A stretch of DNA of 64,000 nt, taken from the NCBI GenBank assembly GCA_951406725.2, contig OX597827.1, positions 26,350,001 to 26,414,000 of the forward strand. The letters are read 5' to 3'. The translations under genes and the position numbers were made by a program. The notes beneath the pieces are model-generated. The model searched no databases. It was given only the letters and a program-made list of their open reading frames with translations, and was not told the origin of the DNA. Below are positions 27,578-40,935 of this stretch, one piece after another. The first letter of the stretch is position 1. Every line of letters begins with the position of its first letter. Origin of the DNA: Octopus vulgaris. Taxonomy: Eukaryota.

Positions 27578-27841
27578 TATATACATATATACATACACAC
27601 ATACATACACATAATACCTACATATATACATATCTAAATGTGTGTGTATATGTTACAAATCTTTCCTTCAAAGAAGACATTACTACATGACTTCATCTCA
27701 AAGTCTTCCGACATCCACCATTTATCCATTTATCTTGGATTTTTTCTTCTATTTTTCACTATAACTTATGTGCATTCTCTTGTATTGTAATTTCGCCCAG
27801 ACAGTCTGTGGTTGGTGTCTGTTTCCTCCTCCATCCTTCTT

Positions 27842-27992
<151 letters not shown>

Positions 27993-28042
27993 TAGTATTA
28001 TTATTATTATCAACATCATCATCCTCATCATCATCATCATTA

Positions 28043-28079
<37 letters not shown>

Positions 28080-28129
28080 GATTATTATTATTATTATTAT
28101 CATTATTATCATCTCTGTTATTATTATTA

Positions 28130-28685
28130 TCTCTTTATCACAGGTTTTGTTGGAGCTCCTGGAGTCTTGCAAGCGTAACGGGCTTGCTAGCCGCAGTCTA
28201 CGGTCCCATGCTCTCCGTTCTTTTCACGTATCTAATTATTTCCTGATTATTCTGGCCGTGCCAAACAGTTAAATATTTTATAACAGTTCTACTGGCTACT
28301 ATATTCCAATTTCTTTTGTATTCCTTTTGATGCCTTCTGATACTGTACCCAAAGACCCAATAATAATTGGCATTATCTTCACCTTCTACATTTTTCAGAG
28401 CCGGGCTATTTCCTACTTAAGTGGGATGTATCGAACTATCTTTTTTCTTTCTTCTTGACTATTCTTGGGTCAAAGCGGCATGCAACATCAACCATATAAC
28501 ATATGTGGTGCACCCTGTCTACCAATGATAGTTTTAGACTGTTACACTCTAGCACGTGATCTGTTTGGATTGGGCAATCCCAAACGATTTTACTAGTCTC
28601 GGACTTTTCACAAAGTTCCAATCTAACACTTTCGCTACTTGATCGTGTCACCAAAACTTGTAGTGATTTTGAGAAGTCTAGGGCA
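28130..28685 (-). mobile_element. Dong/R4-type RLE non-LTR retrotransposon 3' fragment in (TTA)n
   Basis: Minus strand KIVWDCPIQTDH...ICYMVDVAC..D...IMPIIIGSLGTV; long ATT tracts on both sides. Confidence 0.8.
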
Positions 28686-28693
28686 TTCTTCTT

Positions 28694-28839
<146 letters not shown>

Positions 28840-29143
28840 TATGATTATTATTATCATTATTATTATTATCATTATTGTTATCATTATTATCATTATTATT
28901 ATTATTATTATTATTATTAGTAGTAGTAGTAGTAGTGTTGGAAGTCGTAGTGGAATTAAGGATGGTGGTCGGGGTGGTCGTCGTGCTGTTGGTAGTAATA
29001 TTGATATCATCTTAAGTCCCCGTAGATATAGGTATGAATACACACACACTCTTCTCCCCGCGACATATATATATATATATGTTCATATACATATAAATAT
29101 GTAAATATTTGCACACCCACACATAGACACTCATACATCCATG

Positions 29144-29179
<36 letters not shown>

Positions 29180-29185
<6 letters not shown>

Positions 29186-29675
29186 TGCGACAAGAATGCA
29201 AAACATCCGGACAATTAGGTGATACAAAAATGGGACACCAAAACATCCAGATAGACGATACAAAGAAAACAAGGACGGGCCACTCCAAGTTTTCTTTCCT
29301 CAGTCAAGTAGCAGATTATCTTCGCAATTTCGGCTGATTATACTCGAGATTGCACCAATCTGGCCAGCTCCAAAGAAAAACTAAGCTATGAGCATTAGAT
29401 TCCTTAGAAGAAAGCAGCTAATGTATACAAAATGAAGGACGAAAAAAAACGGACAATGCTACACAAATACAATAAAAATAGTAACAGGACATAACAACGG
29501 GTGTCTTTCGATTAAAGACGAATTAAATTAAGCTGGCGTATGTGGAAATGAAGCATTACGGCAGGAATACAAGATTTCACAAACACAGGGAGGAATATCG
29601 ATGTTGCATGGAAAACGGCCATTCCCTTATATCTTCTCGCATCATTCCAGACTTACTCAAGAAATATGTTTAACA
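29180..29675 (-). mobile_element. PLE-like repeat fragment between (TA)n/(CA)n tracts
   Basis: Shares cagatagacgatacaa...acgg..ca...tcagtcaagt..caga with 45030-45195; family assignment is inferred. Confidence 0.4.
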
Positions 29676-29845
29676 CACACACACACACACATACATATAT
29701 ATATACACACGCACACACATACATATATATATGTACATATATATACAGGTATATATATACACATATACATACATATATACACATATACATATATATATAT
29801 ACACATACATATATATATATATATGTACATATATATATATATATA

Positions 29846-29892
<47 letters not shown>

Positions 29893-30032
29893 ATATGCGT
29901 ATATATATGCATATATATATATATGTACATATATGTGCGTGCGTATATATATATATATATGTACGTGTGTGTGTGTGTGCGTGTGTGTTAAACAGATTTC
30001 TTGGGTAAGGCCGGAACGATGCGAGACGATAT
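29629..30032. repeat. inverted repeat (46-bp unique arms) enclosing a CA/TA/TG microsatellite
   Basis: atatcttctcgcatcattccagacttactcaagaaatatgtttaac versus the reverse complement of ~29987-30032; 6 mismatches. Confidence 0.9.
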
Positions 30033-30239
30033 GAAGTAAAATAAAAAGGGAAACCAAAAGAAAGTCTTAGTTTTTCTCTATATTTCTCTATTTCGGAGTG
30101 TCTCCTTCTTCAAGACCTGCGGACAAGCAAGGAATGGAAGAAAGAGCCGTTGCTCAGATGTGCAAAGTAGAAAGGTGATATACGCAGACTTTTGTTGCTA
30201 TAGTAACCAATCTGCTTCATGTAGCTCTTTTCTGTTATT

Positions 30240-30570
30240 TATGGCTGGCTTCAGTTTGTTTGAAGGACATCCTCCAAGATTCTGAGATTGGCTCCATTGC
30301 GTTTGTGTGGTTCTGATGGATACTTTGAAATCCTGTGTCTGGCACTTCTATAGGTGATTTCTTGATCGAAGTGTCTCTGCGCAGGTTCTTCGATTGTAAT
30401 CTGCAGTTTCCCAGTGCTGCTTACAGCTAAGTACATCGTATACCTCGTTTTGAAGTCTTTCATTGGGTTGTTACGTAATGTGGCCCAGACATAGCTCTCT
30501 TCTTTCTAGATAGACGTTTCTCGTGGTTTGGCAGGTGTGCACCATTTGTATTTTGAGTCCCTCTCTGCAG
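30240..30570 (-). mobile_element. RTE-like LINE C-terminal remnant
   Basis: Minus strand LGHIT*QPNERLQNEVY resembles RTE WLGHV.R....RLPK.V.Y. Confidence 0.45.
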
Positions 30571-30571
30571 C

Positions 30572-31110
30572 TCCCCAGTATGTTCAGACCGGACAATCAA
30601 GGCAAATAATCCAAATATTGTTGTGAAAGACAAAAGCAATAAAGTCTGTTTATTGATTGGCATGAGCATACAACGTGACCATAATATCTCGGCAAAATAA
30701 TTTGATAAGAAAATATAAAGACTTGCTAATCGAAATCGAAAAGATGTGGCATCTCAAGACGGTTACAATACCAGTGATTGTAGGAGCACTCGGAACGGAG
30801 AAGTATTTAAGAATGATTCCTGGCTTACCATTCATGCAGGAAGTGCAAAAGATTGTCTTAACTGGTACATCACACGTATTGAGGAGAGCATTGTCGCTGT
30901 AACATTTCATTTATTTTTCCGCCTTTATTTAGTCGGTTTACTTTTCAATTTTTCTCTCTTTCTTTCTTCCTTTTTTCTCTGTCACATGACTTCGTAAATG
31001 GACAATTTGTGGTGTTTATTTTAATGGCCTACCAATGTATACAATGCGTTTCTCTGCCCTAGGTGTCAGAAAGACACTCGGCAAGACATGGAAACAGGAT
31101 TGAAAGAAGC
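30572..31110 (+). mobile_element. Dong/R4-type 3' fragment, subfamily 1
   Basis: KYKDLLIEIEKMWHLKTVTIPVIVGALG; 3' UTR matches 32690-32860. Confidence 0.9.
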
Positions 31111-31169
31111 TGATAATGAGAATGATGATGATGATGATGATGATGACGATGATGATTATTAATAATAAT

Positions 31170-32095
31170 AAAGCCAGGAAGTGAGCCTAGGTAAATGCCC
31201 AAAATGACTAAAAGCCGAAACGGAAGAACTGATTCTCGCTCACAAATCAATGTCTGACTACAAACAATGATAAAAACAAAATAATGTCCAGTCCTTGCCA
31301 GGTCTGAATATATATATATACAAACACGACAAAATAAGCAGTTATATCCATTGGACACTATGTTAACATTACAACATCAGAACTGAGAGCAGGTGGTATA
31401 AGCATGTGCTAAGCAAAGTACAAGACAATGATCAGGCCGCAATCATCTGGGATATTCCGGTTCAAGCGGACAAAGAAATAAAATTGGGGATAAAAAGCAC
31501 CTCCTTACTGATAGACATTGCAGTCCCTTCTGATCAAAATATTGCAAAAGAATGAAGTGGAAAAATTGTCGAAGTACAAAGACCTCGAAATTGAAGTATT
31601 GAAAATGTGGGACGTGAAAGTAAAAACAATACCAATAATAATTAGAGCACTGGACATGATAAAAAATCATTTGAACAAAAATGTAGAAGCCATACCTGGA
31701 TCCTCAACACTACACACTGTCCAAAAATAATAGTCCTGCTCGGGACAACCCATATCCTACGCAAGATATAGTCAATCCAATAATACAACCTAAACAAAGA
31801 AACCTACAAATACAAGACACACTCTATAGAGCATTTACAAGTAAAATAAACTCCCACTAGCAATCCAAAACAACAAAGCATTAAACATTCAAGACACAAT
31901 ACAAGCAGAAACACAACAAAAGACAGCACCACACCTAAAGGAAAAGAAGCTAACACAATACTGTACCGGAATGAGTTCGCAGCCACCCAACAGCAGAAAC
32001 GAACACAGAATGCTACACACCGACCTAGCAATACGGAAGTGTAGCAAGTTATGTAATAGAAATTTGCCACAATCTACTAAATATTGAACAGTTAT
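31170..32095 (+). mobile_element. Dong/R4-type 3' fragment, subfamily 2
   Basis: IIWDIPVQAD...LIDIAVP...EVEKLSKYKDLEIEVLKMWDVKVKTIPIII; ends at (TAA)n. Confidence 0.8.
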
Positions 32096-32116
32096 ATGAT
32101 AATAATAATAATAATG

Positions 32117-32192
<76 letters not shown>

Positions 32193-32858
32193 GTGGAGTA
32201 TAAATTAAGACATGACAGAGTTGGCCAATATCTACACTGGCTAATAAGTCGGCATTACAATATCAAAACTGCCGACAAGTGGTATAATCACCACCCTGAG
32301 GCTGTAACTGACGGAGAAAATGTAACCATTCTGTGGGACTTTCCAGTACATACAGACCGAACCATCAAGGCCAATAAACCAGATATTGTTGTGAAAGACC
32401 AAAACAATAAAGTTTGCTTATTGATCGACATGAGCATCCCCTGTGATCATAATATCTCAGCGAAAGAGTTTGACAAGCTCAAAAAATATAAAGACCTACT
32501 CATTGAAATTGAGAAAATGTGGCATCTCAAGGCGGTTACAATACCAGTGATCGTAGGAGCACTAGGAATGATCAAGAAGGGAACCGAAAATTATATGAGA
32601 ATGATACCTGGCTTACCATCCCTGCAAGAAGTGCAAAAGATTGTCTTAACTGGTACATTACACGTATTGAGAAGAGCATTGTCGATGTGAGAACTGTTGC
32701 TGCTCATGTATTTTAATTTAACTTAAAAAAAAAAAATGAACGAACTATTGAGTTTGGTTTAATGGCCTACCAATGTATACTATGAGTTTCTTTGCCCTAG
32801 GAGTCGGGAAGACACTCGGCAAGAAATGGAAGCAAATTTGAAAGAAGAAAAAAAAAAG
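32193..32858 (+). mobile_element. Dong/R4-type 3' fragment, subfamily 1, with open RLE domain
   Basis: 165-aa open frame RHDRV...ILWDFPVHTDRTIKANKPDIVV...LIDMSIP...KLKKYKDL (PD..D restriction-like endonuclease); begins directly after (TAA)n. Confidence 0.93.
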
Positions 32859-32880
32859 TAATAATAATAATAATAATAAT

Positions 32881-33351
32881 TCCAGTACATACAGACCGAA
32901 CCATCAAAGCCAATAAACCAGATATTGTTGTGAAAGACAAAAAACAATAAAGTTTGCTTATTGATCGACATGAGCATCTCCTGTGATCATAATATCTCGG
33001 CGAAAGAGTTTGACAAGCTCAGAAAATATAAAGACCTACTCATTGAAATTGAGAAAATGTGGCTTCTCAAGGCGGTTACAATACCAAATTATATGAGAAT
33101 GATCCCTGGCTTACCATCCCTGCAAGAAGTGCAAAAGATTGTCTTAACTGGTACATCACACATATTGAGAAGAGCATTGTCGCTGTGGGAACTATTACTA
33201 CCCATGTAGTAATAGTTTTTTAACTTAAAAAAAAAAATGAACGAACTATTGAGTTTAGTTTAATGGCCTACCAATGTATACTATGAGTTTCTTTGCCCAA
33301 GGAGTCGGGAAGACACTCGGCAAGAAATGGAAGCAAATTTGAAAGAAAAAG
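32881..33351 (+). mobile_element. Dong/R4-type 3' fragment, subfamily 1
   Basis: Near-identical to the preceding copy, with a short internal deletion; (TAA)n on both sides. Confidence 0.92.
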
Positions 33352-33409
<58 letters not shown>

Positions 33410-33411
33410 TG

Positions 33412-33480
<69 letters not shown>

Positions 33481-33865
33481 GTGTTAATTGAAAAAGAAAG
33501 CAAACGATGCTGGATCATAGATATAGCATTCACAGCTGGCAACAAGGTATGCGATCAGAAAGAAAGAACAGTCGATAGATATGATGAGTTAGCTTGGGAG
33601 GTTAAGCAGTTGTGGTCCATGAAAAAGGTGGTAGTAGTACCAATAATTGTCGGAGCCCTGGGAACAGTGAGTAAAAATCTTGAAAATTGCATGAAAGAAA
33701 TAGGGGCTGTGTAATAAGGGTGGAGCACTTGCAGAAAACAACACTGCTTGGAACAACTCGAATACTCCAGAAGGTGCTCGAAAAATAAGTGGTGTTACCT
33801 TATTTCACTTGTAGTGAACAGCTGGCACCGTAGTACCTCTCCGGTGATAGAAGATGTGCAAAGAC
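33481..33865 (+). mobile_element. Dong/R4-type 3' fragment, subfamily 3
   Basis: CWIIDIA...ERTVDRYDELAWEVKQLWSMKKVVVVPIIVGALG; (TAA)n on both sides. Confidence 0.88.
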
Positions 33866-33927
<62 letters not shown>

Positions 33928-33929
<2 letters not shown>

Positions 33930-34470
33930 GCCCTGATGCAGTACCAGGCAGTGGCTCTCATGGCTTCTGATTTTAACTGATTCGAAGTGTTATCATGTAT
34001 ATTGTTTTGTCTTGGTATAAAAGATGGGCCACAGCAAATATTCTGCTCAATACCACAGATTTGCTTGTCAGTTGTGTGACCTTAACCCGTTGAGCATGTC
34101 CCTTAGTGGCTGACGATCACGAGCAGAAGTAGTGGGGAAGCATCATAGCCATGTGTTGAGAGGGATTTTTTGGCGTTTGAATAATTCACCTCTGGAAACA
34201 TGGGTGTTTCGTTCAACATCCTTGAACAACCCTTATTCAGGGACCTTTTGAGCGGGATGGGTTACTCGACTAGAAGGAAATTCTAACTGGGCCCCACCTG
34301 CAAGGTCATGTGTTGTTTATCTTGATATGAGATCACCATGTCGCGCACATATGGTTGTGATGAATGTGCCTAGTTTACCCTTATTAGACGGGTAGTCATG
34401 ATGGGTATACTGGGCTTTGTATATTTGTACCCCAGTGTCACTTTGAAGGCATGCACTGCTCTCTCACTCA
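33928..34470 (+). mobile_element. non-coding ~540-bp element inserted in (TAA)n
   Basis: Clean (TAA)n flanks; 5' 26 bp repeated at 42691-42716; partial inverted copy at 48886-49113 abutting (TTA)n. Confidence 0.75.
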
Positions 34471-34491
34471 ATAATAATAATAATAATAATG

Positions 34492-34579
<88 letters not shown>

Positions 34580-34739
34580 GATCTTTTCCGAGTTTTATTC
34601 AGAGATCTCAACTAACAGTAGGTCGTATATTTTACGTTGGCTGTTACATATGAACAGCAACGCTATAATTTTTAGGAAGGACAGCAGAATCCAAGATTCT
34701 ATTAAACCTCTTATATTTCGGTTTTGAAAATGTTTTTAA

Positions 34740-34900
34740 GCGAATCAGGTATTTTCGGGTTGACAATATGTTCCCATGAGAACAGTTTTCTTTAATAATT
34801 CTAATACTTTGGGGGTTTTCTGGTATTTGGCCATTGTGTTTAGCCATAGTTTATTACTCGCAAATCTCCAATGATAGATGCAGTTGTCATTTTTAGATGC
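34740..34900 (-). mobile_element. Dong/R4-type degenerate fragment
   Basis: ELLKKTVLMGT matches the LQKTVLLGT-type terminus of the other copies. Confidence 0.5.
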
Positions 34901-35442
34901 CACATTTTTTATTAACTTTAAATTTTTATTTCTTTTGGTATTTATTATTATTATTTCTATTTTTATCTTCATCATCATCATCATCAGCATCATCTTCATC
35001 GTCGTCGTTGTCGTCGTCGTCATCGTCGTCATCATCATCACCATCATCATCACCCTTTTCAAAATTTTAATTCACGGCGGACGGTGAAGACGTCATTTAC
35101 AGTTTGACACCACCTACAAAATATTCAATACGATTTCTATCAAAAATTTATCGCATACAGATACATTCCTATCGTTTGGAGTTTGCCCCGTCAAATGTTA
35201 TCCAAGAGAAGAAATAAGATTTTATTCTGTATTCGTTATTTTTGTGCCTCACGTTACAGACATACGAAACATCATTACAAATAGGTACTCTGCATTTTAG
35301 GAAGAGTACACACAAATAAGATAATATAACTTTAGTAACCATCATTTACTTAGAACTTACGTATCCGGTGCAATATACTTTATATTTCATTGTATCCAAT
35401 AGAAATTTCAAATCCAAATAATATACAACAATTCTATTTCCT

Positions 35443-37050
35443 AGGCACAGGCGTGGTTGTGCGGTAAGAAGCTTGCTTCCCAACCACATTGTTCTGGGCT
35501 CAAGTCCCACTGCGTGGAACTTTGTGGGGGGTGTCTTCTATTAGGTTGTCACACATGAAATATCGTATTTGAAAGGTAACAATAAAATGTTTCAGAAGTG
35601 TTAGAGAACTAATTGATTTAATCAAAGTATGATCCATGTTCATTTATGACGGTTACACACCGTTTCTTTAAGTCAAATATTAGATCTTTAAACAAAATTC
35701 ATCTTTTGCTGTGATAAACTTTCTGAATGCTTCAATTACTCCTCTTTTCTATTTAAGAATGTTTTATTGCGTATGAAAAGCTCAAAATTCTTAAATAAGT
35801 GATGATCAATAGCAGAGATATCATGGGAATAGGGAGGATGTTGCAAAATCTCGACTTTGCAACTTTTGGACCGTAGCTTGGGAAGCGTGAGGACGTGCAT
35901 TGTCGTGGAGCAAAATTGGGCCATTTCTATTCCCTAGTTTGGGTTGCTTCTTTTTCAAATTCCCTGCATACAATCATTTTCCTGGCAATACGATGTTGCT
36001 GTTACCATTTTCCCTTGTTGCAAACGTGAAAAATAAATAACTCCTTTCGCAGACCACCATACAGTGACAACTAACTTTTTAGGGTGCAATGGTGTCCTGT
36101 TCTCCTGCTGTTATCAAAGAGTATCCATTTCTCATCACATGAAATGATTCGATGCAAAAATGTTCTTTTCCCAGTCGAGAAAGCAATAAGGATCACACTT
36201 CGAGGCGTCTGTTCTTTCTGAATCTCGTTCAGTTGATATGGAAAAAACCTATCCTTTTGCTTGAATTTCCCAATTTTTTACAGGTGCCCAGAAACCGTTG
36301 TGCGAGATGTTTGGAGTTCTCTGATGAAAGTTTTGTAACCTTTGTTCTTGGATCTTGTTCAACCAAAGCATTTAATCCATCATGCCGAGTGATTTTAGCC
36401 TACCCTTTGGTTTAATTTCAAGGATATCATCTGAACGAGATCTTTGGAACCATCTCTGAACAGTTCTGATGTCAACAAAACCATTACCAAAGGCCCGCTC
36501 GATATTCCGTAGAGCTTCTGCAGCAGAGTGACCCAGCTTGTACTCATACGAGAACATCACTCAACATAATTTTGTTGTTATCATTTTCATAAGGTCCGTG
36601 GGTGCGCATTTTGTTTACCAATATCATTCGGAAAGAAAAAGAGTGAAGATTAAATGCAATGTTGTAAATAATTAGGTTTTTAAATGACTGAAATAACAAA
36701 TAATTAAAAATGCAGCATTTCATTGTGACAACCTAATACTATAGCCTCGAGCCGACCAAAGCATTGTAATGGATTTGGTAGAGGAAAACTGAAAGAAGCC
36801 CGTCGTACGTATATATTTCTATATGTATTTATGCGTGTGTATCTGTGTTTGTCCCTCCAGCATCACTGGACAACCAATGCTGGTTTGTTTATGTCCCCGT
36901 AACTTAGTAGTTCTGGAAAGAGACTGAAAGAATAAGTACTAGGCTTATAAAGAATAAGTCCTGTGGTCAATATCTTCAACAAAATCCTTTTAAGGTGATG
37001 CTGCAGCATGTTTGCAGTCAAATGACTGAAAACATGTAAGAGAGTAAAAT
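35443..37050 (+). mobile_element. SINE family B split by a mariner insertion (35443-35540 and 36737-37050)
   Basis: Consensus gtgtcttcTActatagcctcg (intact at ~45655) is interrupted exactly at the TA. Confidence 0.9.
35541..36736 (-). mobile_element. mariner (Tc1/mariner) DNA transposon, near full length, pseudogenised transposase
   Basis: TIRs ttaggttgtcaca..atgaaat at both ends, TA TSD (35539-40, 36737-38); HTH YEYKLGHSAAEALRNI...TVQRWFQR; HPPYSHDISAIDHHLF (YSPDLAPSDYHLF-type motif). Confidence 0.95.
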
Positions 37051-37387
37051 AAAAATCCATATATATTTATCTATAAGTTATTTCGATTTGCAAATCCGAT
37101 GTGCATAAACCGTTTTGCAAAGACAGATTTTGATACAAACAGATAAAAAGTCTGTAATCATATACCATTATTTACTTTTACATTAAATTAAGGGTATACG
37201 ACTTAGGGGTCACTGAACTTCTATCAAGTCGTAGAAATTGCCTTGTTATTACCGTTCAGGTTCAGATCATCCTTGATTAAACAGACCAATTACCTAAGAC
37301 ATTCCTCCCATGAACAACACATCTTTTCCTTAAAATAGTTGTACACAGAATGTTATTTTAGGAAGATTTTACTTATATTAATAGAAT

Positions 37388-37422
<35 letters not shown>

Positions 37423-39280
37423 TTGTATATAACTTCTCCATTGTTTCCAGGTGTTTTAGTACTGGTCAGGAGATAGTAAAGCCTCTGAAATAAGATGTTA
37501 CGACCGTGACTGACCCATCGTTCATGATGTAAGTCGAAATACTTTATCTAATGTGTCATTTCATCATAATTCTAAAGAGAGTGGCGTATGATTCGAGATT
37601 TGGCTGTAATGTCTTGCAGATTGGTGGACCAAATAGTGGCTTTATCTTCTGATGCATTTCTCAATGGAACAAGTATTGTCAATCTCTTGATCCGACTGTT
37701 TATTGCCTCACACTCGCAATTACCAGCGCGATACGTTGTTTTTAATTCTTAGAGCATTAGTCGTGAGAGTAGTTGGGAAATATGCTGATTTGTAAAACGG
37801 CAGACAAATTACCATTTGTCTGTTTGGAAGATTTTCGAAATCAGTCTTTGAGATATGCTGTTAAGTCGCAGACATTGTGGAACTTGTTAAGCTATGAAAT
37901 CGCTTAAGAGATTTTTGTCTAACTTATTTAAAATATTTGTTTTTATTGTAAGCAAATGTCTGCACCTAAAACGCCAGAGTTCTTCGTTAAGCAGGAGAGT
38001 GAAGATCCAGCCATAACAAGGATATATTGAGAAGATTCCGTCTTGTAATTCCAAATATAAATTGCTTGCAAATCCATCAATTTTCTAAGATAATAGGATC
38101 TGATCCATGTCAGATATATACCCAAACAATTTTAATGATATGACAGAGAAAGGAGATTTTTAGATTAGTCATAATACGTGCAAACACTGAATTATTAGTA
38201 TTCATAAATGGGAAGGACAGATTTAAATTTGAAGAGAAAAAGACCGTGTAACATGCCTGCCTTGTTCAAGAGTGTTAGAAACTTACGTCATGTGAATTGG
38301 TTTCTAATGAGAACAGAATCAAAATCAAGTTCTCTTGGTACTGGTTTACACATTCTCTACCGCTGACGCTATGATACAAAAAAAGACTCATTTAAATATT
38401 GGTCTATTTCGATGGCATCAACATGGCTGAAACATTAGCTTCCTCAATTTAATTACTTCAAGAATTTAATTCCGCTTGAATTGCATACGAATCGAATTCT
38501 CATCTCTTTTAATTCCTTTATAAAATAGTTCCATTGTTACGATAGCGGTTTAATAATGAACACAGCATCTTTGCTGAAGACTGAGTCTTCTACTGCAGTT
38601 AATCTCCTTTGGGTCGGGCGAGGATATCTGGTTTAGAATTTCGCTTCAAAACTACATGCTTTTCTTTTTATTCAGTCCAACTGCACACCACATCGGCGAA
38701 GTGTCTTCTACCATAAACATGGATGAATTGCAGATTTGTGAGTAAGAGTCGAGAAATGGAGGCTGTTATGAAGCAAATTGGAAAGATCGTTTCTGTTCTT
38801 GCTTGGTAAACTACCTGATCCCTTGGAGATTTCAGCAAGAGACACTCTTGGAAATAAGACCAACCATCTAAGTATGCGTCCCTATCGTTTTGTAGTTCCT
38901 GAAAATATATAGAGATCCCTTACTCCTGTTGCTAAGTTAAGTAACATATAATTGTGTGCTGTGTGTGTGTGCGTTTCTCTGTGTATGTGGGGTTGTGTAT
39001 ATGTATGTATTTATGTCTGCATGTATGTATGTATACACTCCATTTCTTACTTATTCACTTATATTTTCTCTTTAGACGGTGAACTTTTCCATATCCGCAA
39101 ATGTTTTCACAAATACAATTGCACTTCACATTTGAAGCTCCGATGCAGCTCTTGGGTGATACACAAGCACACAACTATGAGTGCATTGCACCTTGTAACA
39201 GAAACAACTGTAAACTACTGATGTCCATTACATAACTTCTTCTTCCCTTTTCATTGATATATATGTATATATATGAGTAT

Positions 39281-39340
<60 letters not shown>

Positions 39341-40567
39341 ACAATACACAATACACAGGCGTTATTACCGTTATACCAGGATTTTAAAACTACATAAAAA
39401 GTATAAAATGTTTGAACCATAGAGTAAAACAGATGAAATAATATATCTACAAATTTACGAATAAAGTAATTTGCACTCAGACCCTGCAGCTAAATCAAGT
39501 GTCTAACATCTTTCACTCGAGTTTGTTGACTTATTACAATGCAATATATTTATTCCAACCATTAGTGCGATAAATACACTTAGCCGTTTGACCTTGCTGG
39601 TAAGCTCCATACTTCAACTGGCAATGCATATATTGTCTTCACAAACAGTTCATAAAGTTGAATAAGTTTTTCTCTTCAATTTGATGGAAATCAATATTAA
39701 ACTATTTTGTGTGTGAGTCGGGGATAATTTTCCTGCAACAGTTTCGGATTCAATCCTTTATTTGAAATCTCTTCTGTTCCGTGCATATTCCGTAGGCCAG
39801 AAATGCACTTTGAAGATTAATTATCGACGCATGTTGCATTGTTGCCATCGATTTCTTCCATTTCAAAATGGAGATTTGGTCTTGAAATTGTTTTGAATAA
39901 AAGTCCTTTCAAAAAGAAGCAGACGCGGGTTTTTGAAGCAAAATGTTTTGTTTGCAATTTTACTTTTTCAAGCTGACGATTTGCAGTTGCGATCGGAATG
40001 TGTGCATTTATGTGAGCCTGTGTATGTGTGTGTGCGTATGTGCATGTGTGTGTGTGGGGGTGCGTGTGTGTGTGCGTGTGTGCGCGTCTGTGTGTGTGAG
40101 TGTGCGTGGGTGTGTGCGCGTGTGTGACTGCGTATGTGTGCGTGTGCGCTGTGTGTAGGTGTACGCGTGTGCTTTTAACTTCGCTTCTTATTAAATTAAG
40201 AGATTTTTGTTCAATTATCGTACAATTGATTGAATTTTTTCAAATCACCCGCATCCAGCAGTGTGATTGCTAAGTACTTGCAGTTTTCTTGTAGTTCAGT
40301 GGACAAGACAGAACTATCCTCTCCCTCCTGGATGGTACGAAGTACACCTATTTCATGGAACTACTTGCTGTCAGGACAAGAAAAATATCCCATTTATAAC
40401 TCCTGGAAGGAATTATATTCGAGATTGCACCAGTAAATGAAGCAATGACCAATTAAATGGGGTCACACCACAGCGGATACAAAACAGCATTCTGGACCGC
40501 TGTGATTGAGTCCTTCACACATATCATAAATCATATTTCATCCACTCCTAATCCTGTCTAAATCTCG

Positions 40568-40935
40568 GATGGTCTGCAAATAAATACTATATGCGCTCAT
40601 TTAGTCTTAGATGCCCTAAAAATACTATAAGCACTGCTGCAACCTAGGAAACCCTCCAAGGGCTAGAGGCTCTATCCCAACCTCAAGTGCCCTATAAAAA
40701 CCGTAAGCCTTAACATAGTCTCGGATGCGTCGCAAAGACGATAAGCGTTGTCTCAGTGTTGGACGCCTTGCAAAGACTATAATCACTGTCCAAATCAGGG
40801 ACACCCTGCAAAGGTCATAGGCTCTGGCCCTTCCTCATGTACTCTATAAAAACCGTAAACCTAGTCCCAGTCATGAATGCGTTACAAAGACCATAAGCAC
40901 TACCCCAGTCCCAGATGCCTTGCAATGAATAAGAC
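40568..40935. repeat. 38-bp minisatellite (~10 units) with 152-bp higher-order repeat
   Basis: Units start at 40610, 40648, 40686, 40724, 40762, 40800, 40838, 40876, 40914; approximate consensus gatgccctgcaaagaccataagcactgtcccagtctcg. Confidence 0.85.

Noticed and set aside
32193-32690. 165-aa ORF as a host gene
   Set aside because: It is the C-terminal RLE domain of a truncated Dong/R4 element starting at a TAA tract.
37650-38640. Possible old LINE remnant
   Set aside because: Only a weak LKLFGYISD similarity; not enough to call.
40568-40935. CRISPR array
   Set aside because: Contiguous diverged units without spacers, no cas genes, eukaryotic context.
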